59,992 bases of DNA from Waddliaceae bacterium (GCA_963783885.1 CAWAPJ010000016.1:1-59992), one strand, 5' to 3'; counted from the stretch's first letter, positions 1-9,774 are shown. Notes: generated by a model from the sequence alone, not told the origin. Translations and numbers: made by a program.

Positions 1-469
1 TTCGGAGTTGAATGAGCAGAACGTTGCAGCTCTTGAGGGAAAGACAGTGAAAATCAGAGGGTTTCTTTATACCGACAGCCGGGGCCGTTTGATTCTGGAC
101 GCCTCCCCTAACCTAAAAAGCTGCTGCAGGGGCACTTCGAGTAAAATCAAACAGCAAGTGGTGATAGACGGTTTTGTCAATCCTCCGGATAACCGCGCTC
201 CTGTTTTGCTTCAGGGGTCATTTTCAATTCAGCCAACATTTAGTCCCGAGAATGAGTTGATTCAATACGCCATACTCTCTGAACCCGAGATGATTAACGA
301 ATTTTTATTCAGGGAAGTTGCTATACTTATAGCCATTTGTGTCGCAGCCGCAGTTCTCTATCAATTATATATGAGTTCGGGAACAAGTTCGACATGGTCG
401 ATCGGCCGTTTCAGAAAAAGTTCTCCGGCTCGTTTGAAACTGTCGGGATCATCCGACACGAAAAAATGA
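1..469 (+). CDS. Hypothetical membrane-anchored protein, 5' truncated (possibly DUF3299-like)
   Basis: Frame is open to the window edge; 'LEGKTVKIRGFL...SCC' resembles DUF3299-type proteins; C-terminal hydrophobic helix; 3' end overlaps murI convergently. Confidence 0.45.
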   Translation, partial: SELNEQNVAALEGKTVKIRGFLYTDSRGRLILDASPNLKSCCRGTSSKIKQQVVIDGFVNPPDNRAPVLLQGSFSIQPTFSPENELIQYAILSEPEMINEFLFREVAILIAICVAAAVLYQLYMSSGTSSTWSIGRFRKSSPARLKLSGSSDTKK

Positions 470-1149
470 GTATAAGTTTCTCCCGAGATAGTGTGGGGTA
501 GACTGAGTCTGGCTTCCTCAGCACAAGAACTTGCGGAATCGATAAGACGGATGCCGGGTCCCATTTCATTTTCAATTTGCTTGCGGATCAGGGGATAATG
601 GGTGCATCCTAGAAGGATGGTGTCGATGCCGTGGGCTTTTAGGGGTGATAAATAATCTCTGACAATCAATTCTGCTGCCGGTTTTTTCAGATAATTTTCC
701 TCTATGAGAGGGACAAAAAGAGGGCAGCAAACAGGATAAACTTCCGACTCGGGGACCAGGGAGCGGATCGACATTTGATAGGCATTCGACCGGATGGTTG
801 CCTTTGTGCCAAGAACCCCAATTTTTTTTGTCTTGGAAAGAGAAACGGCTGTTTTGGCTCCCGGGACAATCACTCCGATGACTGGAATATCCAGTTCTTT
901 TTTTAAGGCATCCAAAGCATAGGCCGAGGCGGAATTGCAGGCGACAATGAGAAGTTTTATATTTTGTTCGACGAGAAAGCTTGCGATTTGAAGACTATAG
1001 CGAATGATGGTCTTGGCGCTTTTATTACCGTAAGGAACATGGGCAGTGTCGCCAAAATAGATAATATTTTCGCCAGGAAGAACTTTTTGCAGTTCTTTCA
1101 GGACTGTCAGCCCGCCTAGTCCCGAATCAAACATTCCAATGGGTCTCAT
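361..1149 (-). CDS. murI: Glutamate racemase
   Basis: FDSGLGGLTV, YFGDTAHVPYG, ACNSAS and LGCTHYP motifs with both catalytic Cys. Confidence 0.97.
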   Translation of the reverse strand: MRPIGMFDSGLGGLTVLKELQKVLPGENIIYFGDTAHVPYGNKSAKTIIRYSLQIASFLVEQNIKLLIVACNSASAYALDALKKELDIPVIGVIVPGAKTAVSLSKTKKIGVLGTKATIRSNAYQMSIRSLVPESEVYPVCCPLFVPLIEENYLKKPAAELIVRDYLSPLKAHGIDTILLGCTHYPLIRKQIENEMGPGIRLIDSASSCAEEARLSLPHTISGETYTHFFVSDDPDSFKRAGELFLKRPIDHVELVPELIYN

Positions 1150-1736
1150 GGCATTTTCAGTTTTTGACCGACTATGATTTTGTCGCTTTTCAAGCGATTT
1201 GTTGTTTTAATTTTGGAGACAGTTGTGCGGTTTTTCATCGCGATGCTTCCAAGAGAGTCGCCGGGTTTGACAGTGTAAACCTTTATATTTTCATTTTTAA
1301 TGCCCAAAGCATCCATAATCGTTGTTAAAGCCGATTCGATGGTTTCGAGATTTTCCTGGAGTCTTTCAGTTTTGGTTTGATCGGCAGCAACGGCATCGGC
1401 GATTTTATTCGCATTGTGTTTGATTTCATCAATTTCCGACTGAATAGACTCAAATTTCGAATTCCAATTCAACCCTTTGAGCTTTTTTGTGGAATTTTCC
1501 ACATTGTCGACGAGCGCATCGACCATTTGATCATGACTTTGGGCTTTTTCTTTAAGCTTGCTCAGTTCAACTTCCTGATTACGCAGACTGTTCCGGATGA
1601 GCGAGATTTGCTGTTTTAAATCTTCCATTGAGACTTCAGGTTCTCTTGAAGATTTCCAGTAGCGAGGGGAATCTCCGTTGGCCGATCCGTGCGAAAATAG
1701 GATCAGAAAAACCGCTGTGACCAGGTATCGTCCCAT
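1146..1736 (-). CDS. Exported coiled-coil protein with C-terminal LysM domain (CT601-like)
   Basis: Start re-called to ATG at 1736, just after the pal stop; signal peptide, long coiled coil, LysM 'YTVKPGDSLGSIA...N.L..D.I..GQKLKMP'. Confidence 0.85.
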   Translation of the reverse strand: MGRYLVTAVFLILFSHGSANGDSPRYWKSSREPEVSMEDLKQQISLIRNSLRNQEVELSKLKEKAQSHDQMVDALVDNVENSTKKLKGLNWNSKFESIQSEIDEIKHNANKIADAVAADQTKTERLQENLETIESALTTIMDALGIKNENIKVYTVKPGDSLGSIAMKNRTTVSKIKTTNRLKSDKIIVGQKLKMP

Positions 1737-1737
1737 C

Positions 1738-2442
1738 TTACCTCTCGTAGATTTTGAATTGAGCCCTGCGGTTTTGGCTCCAGGCGCTCTCATCATGTCC
1801 TCTAGCAAAGGGGCGTTCTTTGCCGTATGAAACAGTATATAAGCGGCTGGGGTCGACACCCTCGGCAATTAAGGTTGTCCTGACGGCATTCGCCCGTCTC
1901 GTTCCGAGCGCCAGATTATACGCCTGCGGTCCCCTTTCATCACAATGGCCTTCGATAAAAACATAGGTGTTTGGGTGATTTCTCAAATGTTTTGCGATTG
2001 CGTCAATCTTGCGGAGGTTGTCCTGACCTTGCAGCTTTTCGCTGTCATAAGGGAAGTGGACATTTTGAAAAACGGCAGACAAAGAGGGGTCGTTTTGGGG
2101 ATCTCTGAACGATTCAATTCCGGGTATCGAGCTGCCGGCGTCTCCCGGAGAAACCCTAGGCTGCTGAATCGCTTCCATACAAATCATATCCTGCCCGTAT
2201 TCATCTTGAAGAGGGACAAAATCTTCTTCTTCATAGCCATACAATTGAGGGCGGCAAAAATCTTCGCGGCATCGGATTTCCCGTGAATCTCCGTGCTTTC
2301 CGCCCAGACTGCGAAAGCCTTGTCCCACGTAGCGTCCACATGTATTTGTGTCGTCCCAAAGATCTTGGGCTGAGCGGCCCCGGCATCCGGCCAGAAGGAG
2401 AGCCATTAACGAGAAAGAGAGCATGATTTTTATCGACTTCAT
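1738..2442 (-). CDS. pal: Peptidoglycan-associated lipoprotein Pal (OmpA domain)
   Basis: Lipobox LAGC; IEGHCDERG..YNLALG.RRA and SYGKERP...NRRA motifs; follows tolB. Confidence 0.95.
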   Translation of the reverse strand: MKSIKIMLSFSLMALLLAGCRGRSAQDLWDDTNTCGRYVGQGFRSLGGKHGDSREIRCREDFCRPQLYGYEEEDFVPLQDEYGQDMICMEAIQQPRVSPGDAGSSIPGIESFRDPQNDPSLSAVFQNVHFPYDSEKLQGQDNLRKIDAIAKHLRNHPNTYVFIEGHCDERGPQAYNLALGTRRANAVRTTLIAEGVDPSRLYTVSYGKERPFARGHDESAWSQNRRAQFKIYER

Positions 2443-2520
2443 AAAATCCTCTGAACTTTTTTTTGATGAATCTGATAAGACATTAACATAGTTTAGTAAA
2501 ACGATAAAGTAAAAATGCTG

Positions 2521-3798
2521 TTACCGTTTCTCCCAGCTGGGATATTTTTTTTCCGATTGACCGGTGGTGATTTTTATCGGTTTGAGTTGATTGATGTTGA
2601 TGATATAAATATTGCACCCTTCGCCTTCTGATTGATTATAGGCAAGATGAAGGCTGTTGGGCGCCCATGTTGGATTTTCTTTATCTTCTGAACCCTGAGT
2701 AATTTGTTTGCTCTGCTTCGACATAAAATCGTAAACAAAGATTTGCCTCGCTCCATCCTTTTTGGAAGTATAGGCAATTTTCATCCCGTCGGGAGACCAT
2801 GAAGGGGCGGTGCAGGCCCAATTGCGCTTGACAAGAAGCTCAGGTTTAATGAGGTTCAGTGTTGTTCCAGGTGATGGTATGTCAATGAGATAAATTTTAG
2901 CCCTGCCGTCTTTGTTTGAGACAAAGGCGATTCTGTTTCCATCGGGGCTGAAAGTGGGGCTTGCCTGCGTGGCAAAGGCAGCCGCATAGATTTGCCGCGG
3001 TTTGCCGCAGGTTCCTTTTTGGGGATCGAAGTCATAGAGAAAGACATCGGGATTGCCGGCAGCGTCGCTGATGAAAACAAGTTTGTCTCTGGCCCTGCTG
3101 AGTTCCGGCATCAATTGGTTGCCTCTCAAACTCGTCACCCTTTGGCCGTTTCCGCCATCTAAAGAGGCATGAAAGATTTTTGGCTGGCCTGTTTTATAGC
3201 AAACGTAAAAGTAGTCTTTGCTTCGATAGCCGGACTGCGGAGGAATGAAAGAAGGAGTGACGCAAAGGGAATTCTGGAAGGTCAAAGTCTTTTGATTGGC
3301 TCCGTCATAGTCAGTTACCCAAATTTCACCTGCGATTTGTTCGTTTTTTTCCGCAAAGAGGATGCGTGTCGAGGAGATTCCATCGAATCCGAAAAGCGCT
3401 TTGTGAATCGCGTCGGCAAGCTCATGGATGAGGCGCCTGTCGCCGGCAAGAGTCCCTTCGAGCTCGACGTTTCCGAACGAAAGCTTCCGTCCTCCCACGG
3501 TGTCAAAAACAGTAACGTTCAGATTTTTCCCTTGCGCTATACCGGAAATGATAAAACTTTCCCGCCCGTTTTTTTCCGGAAGAACCAGTGTTGTGCCGTT
3601 ATTTGCGAAATCGAAACGAAAGACTTTGTCGATGTCTTTCATATATGAAGGATGAAGCTGCTTTCCGTCGCTTGTCAAAGTATCGATATAAACCGGCACC
3701 AGCCTCACTTCAGTCGCCAGCCGGACTTCGATTTCATCATTAGCCGCAAGAGGGATTAAGAAGAGGACAGTTAGAAGTAAGAAAAAAGAAAATTTCAT
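2521..3798 (-). CDS. tolB: Tol-Pal beta-propeller protein TolB
   Basis: Signal peptide from ATG at 3798; PD40 repeats (SPTFSPDG, APSWSPDG, NPTWAPNS); operon context. Confidence 0.95.
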   Translation of the reverse strand: MKFSFFLLLTVLFLIPLAANDEIEVRLATEVRLVPVYIDTLTSDGKQLHPSYMKDIDKVFRFDFANNGTTLVLPEKNGRESFIISGIAQGKNLNVTVFDTVGGRKLSFGNVELEGTLAGDRRLIHELADAIHKALFGFDGISSTRILFAEKNEQIAGEIWVTDYDGANQKTLTFQNSLCVTPSFIPPQSGYRSKDYFYVCYKTGQPKIFHASLDGGNGQRVTSLRGNQLMPELSRARDKLVFISDAAGNPDVFLYDFDPQKGTCGKPRQIYAAAFATQASPTFSPDGNRIAFVSNKDGRAKIYLIDIPSPGTTLNLIKPELLVKRNWACTAPSWSPDGMKIAYTSKKDGARQIFVYDFMSKQSKQITQGSEDKENPTWAPNSLHLAYNQSEGEGCNIYIININQLKPIKITTGQSEKKYPSWEKR

Positions 3799-3832
3799 AA
3801 TACACCTTTGCGATAGGATAACAATTGCGCTG

Positions 3833-4495
3833 TTAAATGTCATTGCTTAATACGATCACGAAAGTGTGGTGCTCTTCTCCGGTGAAGTGCATGCCGAAAG
3901 AGGAAAATTTGGCGTTTTTCAAAGTTTTTTCGATATTTTTTTCATTGACCTTACTTTCGGAGTTGACGATTTCCAGTTTTTTTACCTTTCCGCTTCTTTC
4001 CAGTGTGAGCTTAATTTTTACAGTTCCGTATTCGGGGAGGACAAGAAGAGATTTTAGCGCTTTCGACAATTCACCCGCATATCGGTCATCTGAAGTGTCT
4101 ATCGCCAGGCGTTCGATAACGCAGTCGGCTTGTTTTTTTGTCGGTTTGACTTTATCTATACTCGTCAATGCGTTTTTGGCATTCTGTAATTTAGCGATTT
4201 GTTCTGAGCTAAGCATGTTGTTTGTTTTTGGCTTAGATTTAGGCTTAGATTTAGGCTTAGGTTTTGGCTTAGGTTTTGGCTTAGGTTTTGGCTTAGGTTT
4301 TGGCTTAGGTTTAGGGGCATAAGCGACGACCTTCGGTGCCTTTTGACGAGGTTTTAGACGAACAGTGTTCACCAGAACTTTTTGGGGGTTTAATGCGACT
4401 TGTAAAGGAGTTTTTCTCGTTCCTAAATATCCCAAAAGAGCGAGGTGGAAGGCAGCGGTCAGAAAAAGAAGTGTTTTGAAAGAGAGATTCATCAT
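3833..4495 (-). CDS. tolA: TolA/TonB-like energy transducer
   Basis: N-terminal TM helix with His (AAFHLALL), Pro-Lys repeat linker, TonB-C-like end; lies between tolR and tolB. Confidence 0.75.
   Translation of the reverse strand: MMNLSFKTLLFLTAAFHLALLGYLGTRKTPLQVALNPQKVLVNTVRLKPRQKAPKVVAYAPKPKPKPKPKPKPKPKPKPKPKSKPKSKPKTNNMLSSEQIAKLQNAKNALTSIDKVKPTKKQADCVIERLAIDTSDDRYAGELSKALKSLLVLPEYGTVKIKLTLERSGKVKKLEIVNSESKVNEKNIEKTLKNAKFSSFGMHFTGEEHHTFVIVLSNDI
4226..4316 (-). repeat. Coding tandem repeat encoding (PK)n
   Basis: 12-nt unit GGTTTTGGCTTA and variants repeated; encodes PKPKPK...PKSKPKSKPK. Confidence 0.9.
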
Positions 4496-4914
4496 GACTC
4501 CGGCGCAAGCACGATGTCCATTTCTTCGAAGCCGGCAGTCTCTATGGAGTTTTTGATGGCTTGATAGGTTCCAAAATGCGCTCTTCTGTCATGCAGGACC
4601 TGCGGATGGGCCCCGGGATAATTTTTTTTCGCTTTGGTAAGAAGCGGGGTCAATTGTGGCAGCAAAACTTTGTGGTCATTAAATTGGATGGAATTGTCCG
4701 GATAAACGCGAATTGTGATGGGGTTTTCTTCTTGAAGCGTTGTTTCCTTGTTTTTGCCGGCTCTCCCGCCGGCAAGTTCGATATTGTCGATATCCAGCAG
4801 TGGCGCAATGACAATAAACATGATAAGAATTACGAAAACCACATCGATCAAAGCGGTGATATTGATGGGGGGTTCCTCAATCGGATGACTTCGAAACAGG
4901 TTTTTTCTTCTCAT
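4492..4914 (-). CDS. tolR: TolR/ExbD
   Basis: INITALIDVVFVILIMFIV motif. Confidence 0.92.
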   Translation of the reverse strand: MRRKNLFRSHPIEEPPINITALIDVVFVILIMFIVIAPLLDIDNIELAGGRAGKNKETTLQEENPITIRVYPDNSIQFNDHKVLLPQLTPLLTKAKKNYPGAHPQVLHDRRAHFGTYQAIKNSIETAGFEEMDIVLAPES

Positions 4915-5627
4915 TGGATTTCCACATGGCGATACTGAAGTTCGACAGAGGCCATCACTTCGCTTGAAAAAGACTCCATCTCCATATGAAGATTTTTGAT
5001 GGAATTTTTCAGATAATTATACCCGATCAAAGCCGGTATGGCGACTATGAGGCCAAGGACAGTTGTTGTGAGAGCCAGCGAAAGGCCCCCAAGCATCATT
5101 TGACTTGAGCCACCCCCCTGATGGATATTCAATTGGGAAAAGAAGACAAGGATTCCCCAGACAGTCCCCAGAAGGCCCAGAAAAGGGGCGAGGGTGACTA
5201 TCGTTGACAGAATATAAATATTTTTTTCCAGTTTTTGAACCTGTAAAGCGATGCTTGCGGCCACATGAGTATCGATAAAATCGATGTCGGTCGGCGACAG
5301 GGACGCCGGCTTGCCGGACTCTTTGACAAATTGATGGTTTTTATTGAGAAGCTCGTAAGTCTGTTTTTTGAGGACAAGGTATATATCGTGAAAAGGATTA
5401 GGCCCTTTTGAGGGGAGTGGGAAATTCAGAGGGCTCTGCTTGTGTTTTTTAAAGGAGCGGTGAAAAGAGGTTGCTTGTTTATGCAAGTTTCTGGTAATCA
5501 GGTACTTGTGGATGATGAGCGCCCAGCTGACCACAGAAAGGGCGGTAAGGCCGAGATAAATGCTCTTTCCCAGCCAATCGGCCTGAAAAAATGAGGCGAA
5601 AAACGGATGCGCGGCAATGATAAGCAT
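4911..5627 (-). CDS. tolQ: TolQ/ExbB (MotA family)
   Basis: APFLGLLGTVWGI and ALTTTVLGLIVAIPA motifs; start re-called to ATG at 5627 with RBS GGAGGGG. Confidence 0.93.
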   Translation of the reverse strand: MLIIAAHPFFASFFQADWLGKSIYLGLTALSVVSWALIIHKYLITRNLHKQATSFHRSFKKHKQSPLNFPLPSKGPNPFHDIYLVLKKQTYELLNKNHQFVKESGKPASLSPTDIDFIDTHVAASIALQVQKLEKNIYILSTIVTLAPFLGLLGTVWGILVFFSQLNIHQGGGSSQMMLGGLSLALTTTVLGLIVAIPALIGYNYLKNSIKNLHMEMESFSSEVMASVELQYRHVEIQ

Positions 5628-5685
5628 GGAAAATCCCCTCCACTTAAGATGATTAAAATAACCCGCTTTTAAGCAATTGTCAATG

Positions 5686-5860
5686 TATACTGCGATCGGC
5701 ACCAAACTTTGATTTTTGACTTGAGCGGGACGAAGCCAAATCGAATCTATTGCGTTCCGACCAACGAAGCTCTTCCCAGAAAGGAAGAGCGAGGAGGAGG
5801 ATCGATTTGGCAAAGTCGCAGCAGGCCAAAAAATCAAAGTTTGATGCCGATCATAGTATA
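5686..5860. mobile_element. 175-bp palindromic element (MITE-like) between the divergent tolQ and dsbD promoters
   Basis: Terminal arms TATACTGCGATCGGCACCAAACTTTGATTTTT match as an inverted repeat at 29/32; pairing continues inward (GCCAAATCGA/TCGATTTGGC); TATA at both ends. Confidence 0.7.
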
Positions 5861-5916
5861 AACAAATATTTTAATTAATCTCATTGTGCCGTTATTTTGA
5901 GCTTGCAAAGGATACC

Positions 5917-5945
5917 TTGAAATCAAAAGTAATTTTTGATATAAT
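5917..5945 (+). promoter_or_regulatory. sigma66/sigma70-type promoter of dsbD
   Basis: TTGAAA-N17-TATAAT. Confidence 0.7.
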
Positions 5946-5974
5946 TTTTATTTAATAAATTGGATGGTAATCAA

Positions 5975-8125
5975 ATGAACAAAATATGCCGCTTTCTTTT
6001 TATAGCCCTGCCTTTACTGTTTTTAGCGCCTATAAGCGCTGAAGAAACGGGCCAGCCGGTCAGAGCAGAGATTTACGCCGAGGAGACCTCTGTCCAGCCG
6101 GGCCGCCCCTTTTGGATAGCCGTCAGGCTGGATATGGACCAGGGATGGCATGCCTACTGGAAGAATCCGGGATCCGCCGGTTTTGCCTCTTCCGTAGAAT
6201 GGCAGCTTCCTGAAGGGTTTAAAACCGAGGACAGCCGTTGGCCTACCCCCGAAAGATTGGAAAAGGGCGAAGGTGTTACTTACGGGTATCACGAAGTTCT
6301 TACCCTCCTGACAAAAGTGACTCCTCCGGAGACTCTCAAAATAGGCGAAGAATTTGAAATTAACGCCGACCTCGTATGGCTAGTCTGTTCCGATTCGACC
6401 TGCCTTCCCGGAAAGCACCCCTTAAAACTCACGCTAAAAACCTCCGCCGACACGCCAAAAATCAATTCCGCAGCCGCTTCCATTTTTACCCATGCCCGAG
6501 AAAAGCTTCCCACTCAAAATCATCAAGTGCTGGCCAGGGAAAAAGACCGGGCAATCGAACTGGAGCTTGCAGACCACAGCCGCACTTTCGAGCACGCCTA
6601 TTTTTATCCTGAGATCAGCGGCTCTTTTCAGGACACTCAAAAACTCGCTGTCAATTCCTTCTCTTCTAGGCATGTTTTTCAATTGCCGGTTCATGAAGAG
6701 GCGGAGTCGCCTGCCTCCCACGTAAAAGGGCTTCTTGTATTGAAAGACGCTGCGGGAAAAGAGGTGGATGCGATCGAAGTTGCCGCTCCAGTTTCCAAGG
6801 CAGGCGAAGAAGTGGCTATGGCCGATCCCGTCTCTGCCTCATCCGCCCCTGTGCAGTTTGAAGGAGGGTTTTTGTGGGCCCTGGTTCTGGCGTTTGCCGG
6901 AGGCGTGATTTTGAATTTAATGCCATGCGTTTTGCCGGTGATCTCGCTTAAAATTTTTAGTTTTGTGAAAATGGCCGGTGAAAATCGTTGGAAAATCGTT
7001 CAGCACGGCCTGCTGTTCACTCTGGGCGTTTTGGTTTCGTTCTGGACTTTGGCCGGCATACTCATCTCCTTGCAGGCATATGGACAGATGGTGGGATGGG
7101 GCTTTCAGCTGCAGGAGCCTATCTTTGTCGCGTTGCTCGCCGCGCTTCTATTTGTCTTCGGCCTGAGTTTATTCGGCATGTTTGAAGTGGGCACGATGTT
7201 CAGTTCCTGGGCAGGGCAAAAAGAAAGCGACGCCAAGCAAAAGAGCGGCGGCGCTGCCTCGGCCTTCTTGAGCGGAGTTTTGGCAACTGCTGTCGCAACG
7301 CCTTGCACAGGCCCGTTTTTGGGTTCCGCTCTCGGTTTTGCCATGACGCTTTCCGCCCCCCTCTCATTGATGATCTTTACGGCGATTGCTTTGGGTATGT
7401 CGTTTCCGTATCTCCTGATCTCCGCCTATCCGCCGCTGATTAAATTTTTGCCAAAGCCCGGAAACTGGATGGTGACGTTTAAAGAGTTTTTGGGATTTTG
7501 CATGATCGCGACAACGCTTTGGCTGGTGTGGGTATTTGGCGCTCAAACAAGTTATGACGCCCTTTTCACCCTTTTAACCGGCTTCCTGGTTCTGGCTGTT
7601 GCTTGCTGGATTTATGGTAAATGGGGCACTCCTAACCGCAGGAAGTATGTGCGTATCGGAGCTCTGGCGCTTGCTCTGTTGATTGGAGTGTTTGGTTTTT
7701 ATGAAGTGATCCATTCATCTTCTGAAGTATCTCATTCCGAAGAGCTAGTAGCTATGGCAGACCCTTCTCCTAAAGAACGCAACATACGGAATTGGGAGCC
7801 TTTTTCGAAAGAAAGGCTCGAAGAACTGAGAAAGCAGGGGACTCCTGTCTTTATCGACTATACCGCCAAGTGGTGTCTGATTTGCCAGACGAATCATAAA
7901 GTTCTTGAGAATCGCGAGGTTTCTGAAAAGATGGCCCAGCTCGGCGTGGTTAAAATGCTTGCTGACTGGACAAAAAAGAATCCCGAAATTTCTCGGGAAT
8001 TGCAGACATACGGAAGAAACGGCGTGCCTCTTTATGTTCTTTATGGAAAAGATGGAAAATCCGTTATTCTGCCTCAGGTCTTGACACCGGATACCGTTGT
8101 TCATTATCTTGATCAGATAGAGTAA
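5975..8125 (+). CDS. dsbD: Thiol:disulfide interchange protein DsbD
   Basis: N-domain WHAYWKNPG and CSDSTC; TM domain LNLMPCVLPV and ATPCTGP; C-terminal thioredoxin WCLIC. Confidence 0.93.
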   Translation: MNKICRFLFIALPLLFLAPISAEETGQPVRAEIYAEETSVQPGRPFWIAVRLDMDQGWHAYWKNPGSAGFASSVEWQLPEGFKTEDSRWPTPERLEKGEGVTYGYHEVLTLLTKVTPPETLKIGEEFEINADLVWLVCSDSTCLPGKHPLKLTLKTSADTPKINSAAASIFTHAREKLPTQNHQVLAREKDRAIELELADHSRTFEHAYFYPEISGSFQDTQKLAVNSFSSRHVFQLPVHEEAESPASHVKGLLVLKDAAGKEVDAIEVAAPVSKAGEEVAMADPVSASSAPVQFEGGFLWALVLAFAGGVILNLMPCVLPVISLKIFSFVKMAGENRWKIVQHGLLFTLGVLVSFWTLAGILISLQAYGQMVGWGFQLQEPIFVALLAALLFVFGLSLFGMFEVGTMFSSWAGQKESDAKQKSGGAASAFLSGVLATAVATPCTGPFLGSALGFAMTLSAPLSLMIFTAIALGMSFPYLLISAYPPLIKFLPKPGNWMVTFKEFLGFCMIATTLWLVWVFGAQTSYDALFTLLTGFLVLAVACWIYGKWGTPNRRKYVRIGALALALLIGVFGFYEVIHSSSEVSHSEELVAMADPSPKERNIRNWEPFSKERLEELRKQGTPVFIDYTAKWCLICQTNHKVLENREVSEKMAQLGVVKMLADWTKKNPEISRELQTYGRNGVPLYVLYGKDGKSVILPQVLTPDTVVHYLDQIE

Positions 8126-8901
8126 TGGGTATTATCGATTCACACGCACATCTGACCTCGGACGAGGTCTTTCCGGATATCGAAAACGTTCTGGAGAGGG
8201 CCCGGAGCGCCGGCATTCAAAAAATCATCAACATCTGCACGGATGACAAAACCCTCGAAAGAGGCCTAGCGCTTCACAAGAAATTTTCTTGGGTTTATAA
8301 CACCGCCTCTACGACTCCGCATGATGTATTAGCCGACGGGGAACGTCTTTTTCCTCTGATGGAAAAGTCTGCCAGGGAAGGAAATCTTGTCGCCGTTGGT
8401 GAAACAGGACTTGATTACTATTATCATGAAGGAACAAAAGAGCTGCAGCAGCATTTTCTGCAAAAATATTTGCAGCTTGCCCTTGAGACAAGCCTCCCTG
8501 TCGTGATTCATTGCCGCGACGCATTTGAGGACTTTTTCAACATTCTCGACCAGCACTATATTGTCGATAACAAACATGCTCCGGGCGTTCTTCATTGTTT
8601 TACAGGCAGGGTTGCCGATGCCCGCGATGTGGTAGAGCGGGGATGGTACCTTTCGCTAAGCGGCATTGTGACTTTCAAAAAAAGCCAGGAGCTCAGGGAG
8701 GTGGTTAAAGCGACTCCGCTGAATCAGCTGCTCATCGAAACCGATGCGCCCTACCTTGCACCCCAATCCCGCCGCGGCAGACAAAATGAGCCCGCATATA
8801 TCACCGAAACTGCCGAGCTGCTTGCCGAGCTCAAACAAATCTCCGTAGAAGAATTGATTGAAGCTACTGCTTATAATGCGAAAAATTTATTTAGGATTTA
8901 A
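8125..8901 (+). CDS. tatD: TatD-family DNase
   Basis: IDSHAHL, VGETGLDY, IHCRDA, GVLHCF, LLIETDAPYL. Confidence 0.95.
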   Translation: MGIIDSHAHLTSDEVFPDIENVLERARSAGIQKIINICTDDKTLERGLALHKKFSWVYNTASTTPHDVLADGERLFPLMEKSAREGNLVAVGETGLDYYYHEGTKELQQHFLQKYLQLALETSLPVVIHCRDAFEDFFNILDQHYIVDNKHAPGVLHCFTGRVADARDVVERGWYLSLSGIVTFKKSQELREVVKATPLNQLLIETDAPYLAPQSRRGRQNEPAYITETAELLAELKQISVEELIEATAYNAKNLFRI

Positions 8902-8916
8902 AGAAGGAAATCAAGG

Positions 8917-9756
8917 TTGAATATCACAGAACAAACTAGTTACAAGCCAGGATTTACAAATCTGTACTATGCGATAGTACAAAAGGATGCTGATCGAGTG
9001 GAACAACTGTGTCAAGAAAATGCCGATGTCAATCAGCCGAGTTTACCGAACCACCAAACTCCTTTGGTGCAAGCTGCATCGCTAGGAGATACAAAAATAA
9101 TGGAAATATTGATCCGGTTCAAAGCGAATCCAAATGTCTGGTGCCCTTATAGCGACCCCCCACTGACTAAAGCTTCGAAAAAGGGACATGCAGCTGCTGT
9201 TAAACTTCTTTTAGCATCCGGCGCTATCGCAGGAAGAAAACCTGTTCAAGATCAAGGTATTTCAGCCCTTGGATATGCGGTTCACAAAGAGCATCATAAA
9301 GTGGTCAAAGAGTTGCTTGATGCAGACATTGATCCAAACGACAATCATTTTTGCGGAGAATCAGCATTAGAGGTTGCGCTCAACCCCCCGAATAAGAAAG
9401 TCATTGATGCATTGATCAGCCATGGCGCTAGCTTTGATAAAATTGACCATGTATCAGGAAAGACTGTGGATGACCTAGTACAGAAAAACATTCTGACTGC
9501 CATAAAGGCTTTGGTTGAATCATTAAAAAAAAGAGAGGATTCCCTAACTGTTGAATGGGAAGTTAGCCAAGAAGACGGTTGGCCATATGGAAAACACAAT
9601 GTGCTGCATACGGCTTATCGATATGATCGTCCTGAAATTATTAACTTTTTACATAATAACCTACCAACGATGCTTTTTCTTAAACTCAGTTTACAAAGAG
9701 ATATGTGGCGAAAATATCCTTGCGATGTGGAAAGTATTTCAAAAAATCCCACCTAA
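8917..9756 (+). CDS. Ankyrin-repeat protein
   Basis: About five ANK repeats (TPLVQAA.LG, PPLTKAS.KGH, SALGYAV..EH, SALEVA). Confidence 0.85.
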   Translation: MNITEQTSYKPGFTNLYYAIVQKDADRVEQLCQENADVNQPSLPNHQTPLVQAASLGDTKIMEILIRFKANPNVWCPYSDPPLTKASKKGHAAAVKLLLASGAIAGRKPVQDQGISALGYAVHKEHHKVVKELLDADIDPNDNHFCGESALEVALNPPNKKVIDALISHGASFDKIDHVSGKTVDDLVQKNILTAIKALVESLKKREDSLTVEWEVSQEDGWPYGKHNVLHTAYRYDRPEIINFLHNNLPTMLFLKLSLQRDMWRKYPCDVESISKNPT

Positions 9757-9774
9757 TCTCTAGAGAGAGAAAAT

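Noticed and set aside
5628-5837. N-terminal extension of the tolQ ORF
   Set aside because: Reads through a palindromic element and promoter; a good RBS and ATG sit at 5627
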